Origin: an uncultured Anaerolineales bacterium
Lineage (GTDB): Bacteria > Chloroflexota > Anaerolineae > UBA7937 > B3-Chlor
NCBI GenBank assembly: GCA_964433755.1
Contig: CAYSSR010000002.1
Coordinates: 145,419 to 209,418, forward strand
Length of the DNA: 64,000 nucleotides
Direction: 5' to 3'
In this document: one piece after another, positions 62,308-64,000 of the stretch
Numbering within the stretch: position 1 is the first letter of the stretch
How the letters are laid out: each line of letters begins with the position of its first letter
Translations under genes and position numbers: made by a program
The notes under the pieces: generated by a model
What the model was told of the DNA's origin: nothing
The model's input: only the letters and a program-made list of their open reading frames with translations
The model's database searches: none

Positions 62308-63534
62308 ATGAAGTACGACTTCGACGGAGAGGTTGACCGCCGAGACACCAACTCCCTGAAATGGGAGTTTCTACAGAGCGAGGAAGATCCCCTGAAGTGG
62401 GAGCTCACGGACCGTTTCTTCGGAGAAGACCGCATCCTCCCATTGTGGGTGGCGGACATGGACTTCCCTTGTCCAAAGCCGGTAGTGGACGCGCTTGTCG
62501 CCAGGGCGCAGCACGGGATCTACGGGTACACTATGCCCACTCCAGAGTTCTATCAAGCCGTGGTCGGCTGGATGCAGAGGCGCCACGGCTGGGAGGTGGC
62601 ACCGGAATGGATCTGTATCACCCCTGGAGTGGTGCCCGCCGTCAATATGCTGGTGCGTGCCTTCGTCCCTCCTGGTGACAAGGTGTTGATCCAGCCTCCA
62701 GTCTACTATCCCTTCTACTCCGCCATCGAGAACAACGGCGCGGAGTTGGCTCTCAATCCCTTGATCTACGAGGATGGTCGATATCGAATGGACTTCGCGG
62801 ACCTGGAGGCCAAGTGCGCCGATCCTAAGGTCAAGCTGGCCATCTTGTGCAGCCCCCACAACCCCGTGGGACGCGTGTGGACCGAGGACGAACTGGCCCA
62901 CTTTGGCGAGATATGTATCGACAACGGCGTACTGGTGGTATCGGACGAGATCCACAGCGACCTGATCTTCAAAGGTCACACGTTTACGCCCTTCGCCAAG
63001 GTCAGCGAGGCCTTCGCCCAGAACTCCATCACCTGCACCGCGCCCAGCAAGACTTTCAACCTGGCTGGCCTGCTAACGTCCTGCATCGTCATACCCAATC
63101 AGGAGCTCCGCTCTGCGTTCGAAAGAATCGTGGAGAGTGACGGGCTGGTCACCATTGGCGTCTTCGGCGCGGTTGCCCTTCAGGCCGCATACGATCATGG
63201 AGAGGAGTGGCTGGGGCAGCTTCTCGAGTATCTCCAGGGTAATCTCGAATACCTCGAGCAGTACGTGGTCGCACACATCCCGCAGCTAACCGTGGTCCGG
63301 CCGGAAGGGACCTTTCTCGTCTGGCTTGACTGTCGCAGGCTTGGGCTTAACAAGTGGGAGCTACAGCAACTCATGCTCAAGCGGGCGAGAGTCTATCTGG
63401 ATGAGGGTTTCGTGTTCGGCCCCGAAGGTGAGGGCTTCGAACGTATAAACATCGCCTGCCCCCGAGCAGTTCTGGCTGAGGCCCTCGATCGCATCAGGCA
63501 GGCCGTCGGAAGGGTATCACACCGTTCCGAGTAG
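62308..63534 (+). CDS. PLP-dependent aminotransferase class I/II, MalY/PatB-type cystathionine beta-lyase
   Basis: The N-terminus KYDFDGEVDRRDTNSLKWE is typical of MalY/PatB. SPHNPVGRVW, SDEIHSDL and APSKTFNLAGL (PLP lysine) are present. Confidence 0.85.
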   Translation: MKYDFDGEVDRRDTNSLKWEFLQSEEDPLKWELTDRFFGEDRILPLWVADMDFPCPKPVVDALVARAQHGIYGYTMPTPEFYQAVVGWMQRRHGWEVAPEWICITPGVVPAVNMLVRAFVPPGDKVLIQPPVYYPFYSAIENNGAELALNPLIYEDGRYRMDFADLEAKCADPKVKLAILCSPHNPVGRVWTEDELAHFGEICIDNGVLVVSDEIHSDLIFKGHTFTPFAKVSEAFAQNSITCTAPSKTFNLAGLLTSCIVIPNQELRSAFERIVESDGLVTIGVFGAVALQAAYDHGEEWLGQLLEYLQGNLEYLEQYVVAHIPQLTVVRPEGTFLVWLDCRRLGLNKWELQQLMLKRARVYLDEGFVFGPEGEGFERINIACPRAVLAEALDRIRQAVGRVSHRSE

Positions 63535-63608
63535 GTCCCTTCACGACAAGGGGGCTGCTGCTGCGCGGCTCGCTTGAGCCGGAGTGTATGCGGAGGATAG
63601 CAGCGCGA

Positions 63609-64000
63609 ATGCCAACAGATGTCGCGCACAGGAGTTGGTTGCAGATCTTCGAGGTCGTCTTTGGCATCCCGTTTCTTGCTGCCATCGCCTTGCAACTGGC
63701 TGTGCCTCTCTCGTTCTCCTGGGGGTTGCTTGCGCCAGCCGTCGCCGCCGTGGGCGTTGCTCTCGTTGGCGCAGGCACGGCCCTGGTTGTCTTCGCTCGC
63801 CGGGAGCTTCGCCATCATGGCCAGCCAGCCGATCCAGGGCTGCCTACCACCAAGGTCGTGACCACGGGGGTCTTCTCCATCTCACGGAATCCCATCTATC
63901 TCGGCGGCGTTTGCATCCTGGTGGGCTTGACACTGGCGGTCAACCTGCCCTGGGTCTTGGTGGTCCTCCTACCGGCCCTTGTAGCCTGCCACTACGTTCT
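63609..64000 (+). CDS. Isoprenylcysteine carboxyl / phospholipid methyltransferase-like membrane protein (3' end outside the window)
   Basis: This reading frame is open to the window end and is absent from the ORF track. TM helices are followed by TTGVFSISRNPIYLGGV (the ICMT/PEMT family motif G.Y...R.P.Y.G). The start could be ATG 63588 instead. Confidence 0.6.
   Translation, partial: MPTDVAHRSWLQIFEVVFGIPFLAAIALQLAVPLSFSWGLLAPAVAAVGVALVGAGTALVVFARRELRHHGQPADPGLPTTKVVTTGVFSISRNPIYLGGVCILVGLTLAVNLPWVLVVLLPALVACHYV

Overview
High-GC bacterial chromosome segment; the gene content suggests a filamentous, Chloroflexota-like organism, but that is inference only. All calls come from reading the ORF track and the sequence by eye, with no database search. 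Gene starts are approximate, and I moved them where an RBS or an ATGA/adjacent-stop coupling supports a different start.

Layout:
- 0-3 kb: a secreted repeat-domain protein and a VIT+vWA protein, convergent.
- 3.2-22.5 kb: a dense signalling supercluster in two convergent arms. It holds three MglA-type small GTPases, eleven Roadblock/LC7 domains, PATAN(DUF4388) domains, four histidine kinases, one OmpR regulator, a PilZ protein and a HAMP stub.
- 22.8-26.6 kb: GldA/F/G-like ABC system.
- 26.9-33.2 kb: glycan priming transferase and GT2, a PDO-like thioredoxin, a methyltransferase, a radical SAM/SPASM enzyme and a SIMPL protein.
- 33.4-38.9 kb: housekeeping genes (tRNA-Leu, peptide-type SBP, secG, lepA, 5'-nucleotidase-like).
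- 38.5-41.7 kb: a tandem duplication of [nucleotidase 3' end + MFS transporter].
- 41.7-45.6 kb: GT4, methyltransferase and flippase genes, plus a field of GC-rich palindromic repeats.
- 45.9-59.3 kb: the most unusual region. A type IIG restriction-modification gene is followed by about ten direct-repeat copies of its own 3' end. The copies delimit a series of AT-richer cassettes carrying defence-type genes: TM-anchored unknowns, two HEPN proteins, a PIN-like protein and an AlbA_2/Schlafen-like protein. Distal cassettes carry TPR membrane paralogues, a flavodoxin-like protein and a DUF1801 protein. No recombinase is visible in the window.
- 59.7-64 kb: a papain-like lipoprotein, a gene-poor stretch, a PatB/MalY-type lyase and a partial ICMT-like methyltransferase.
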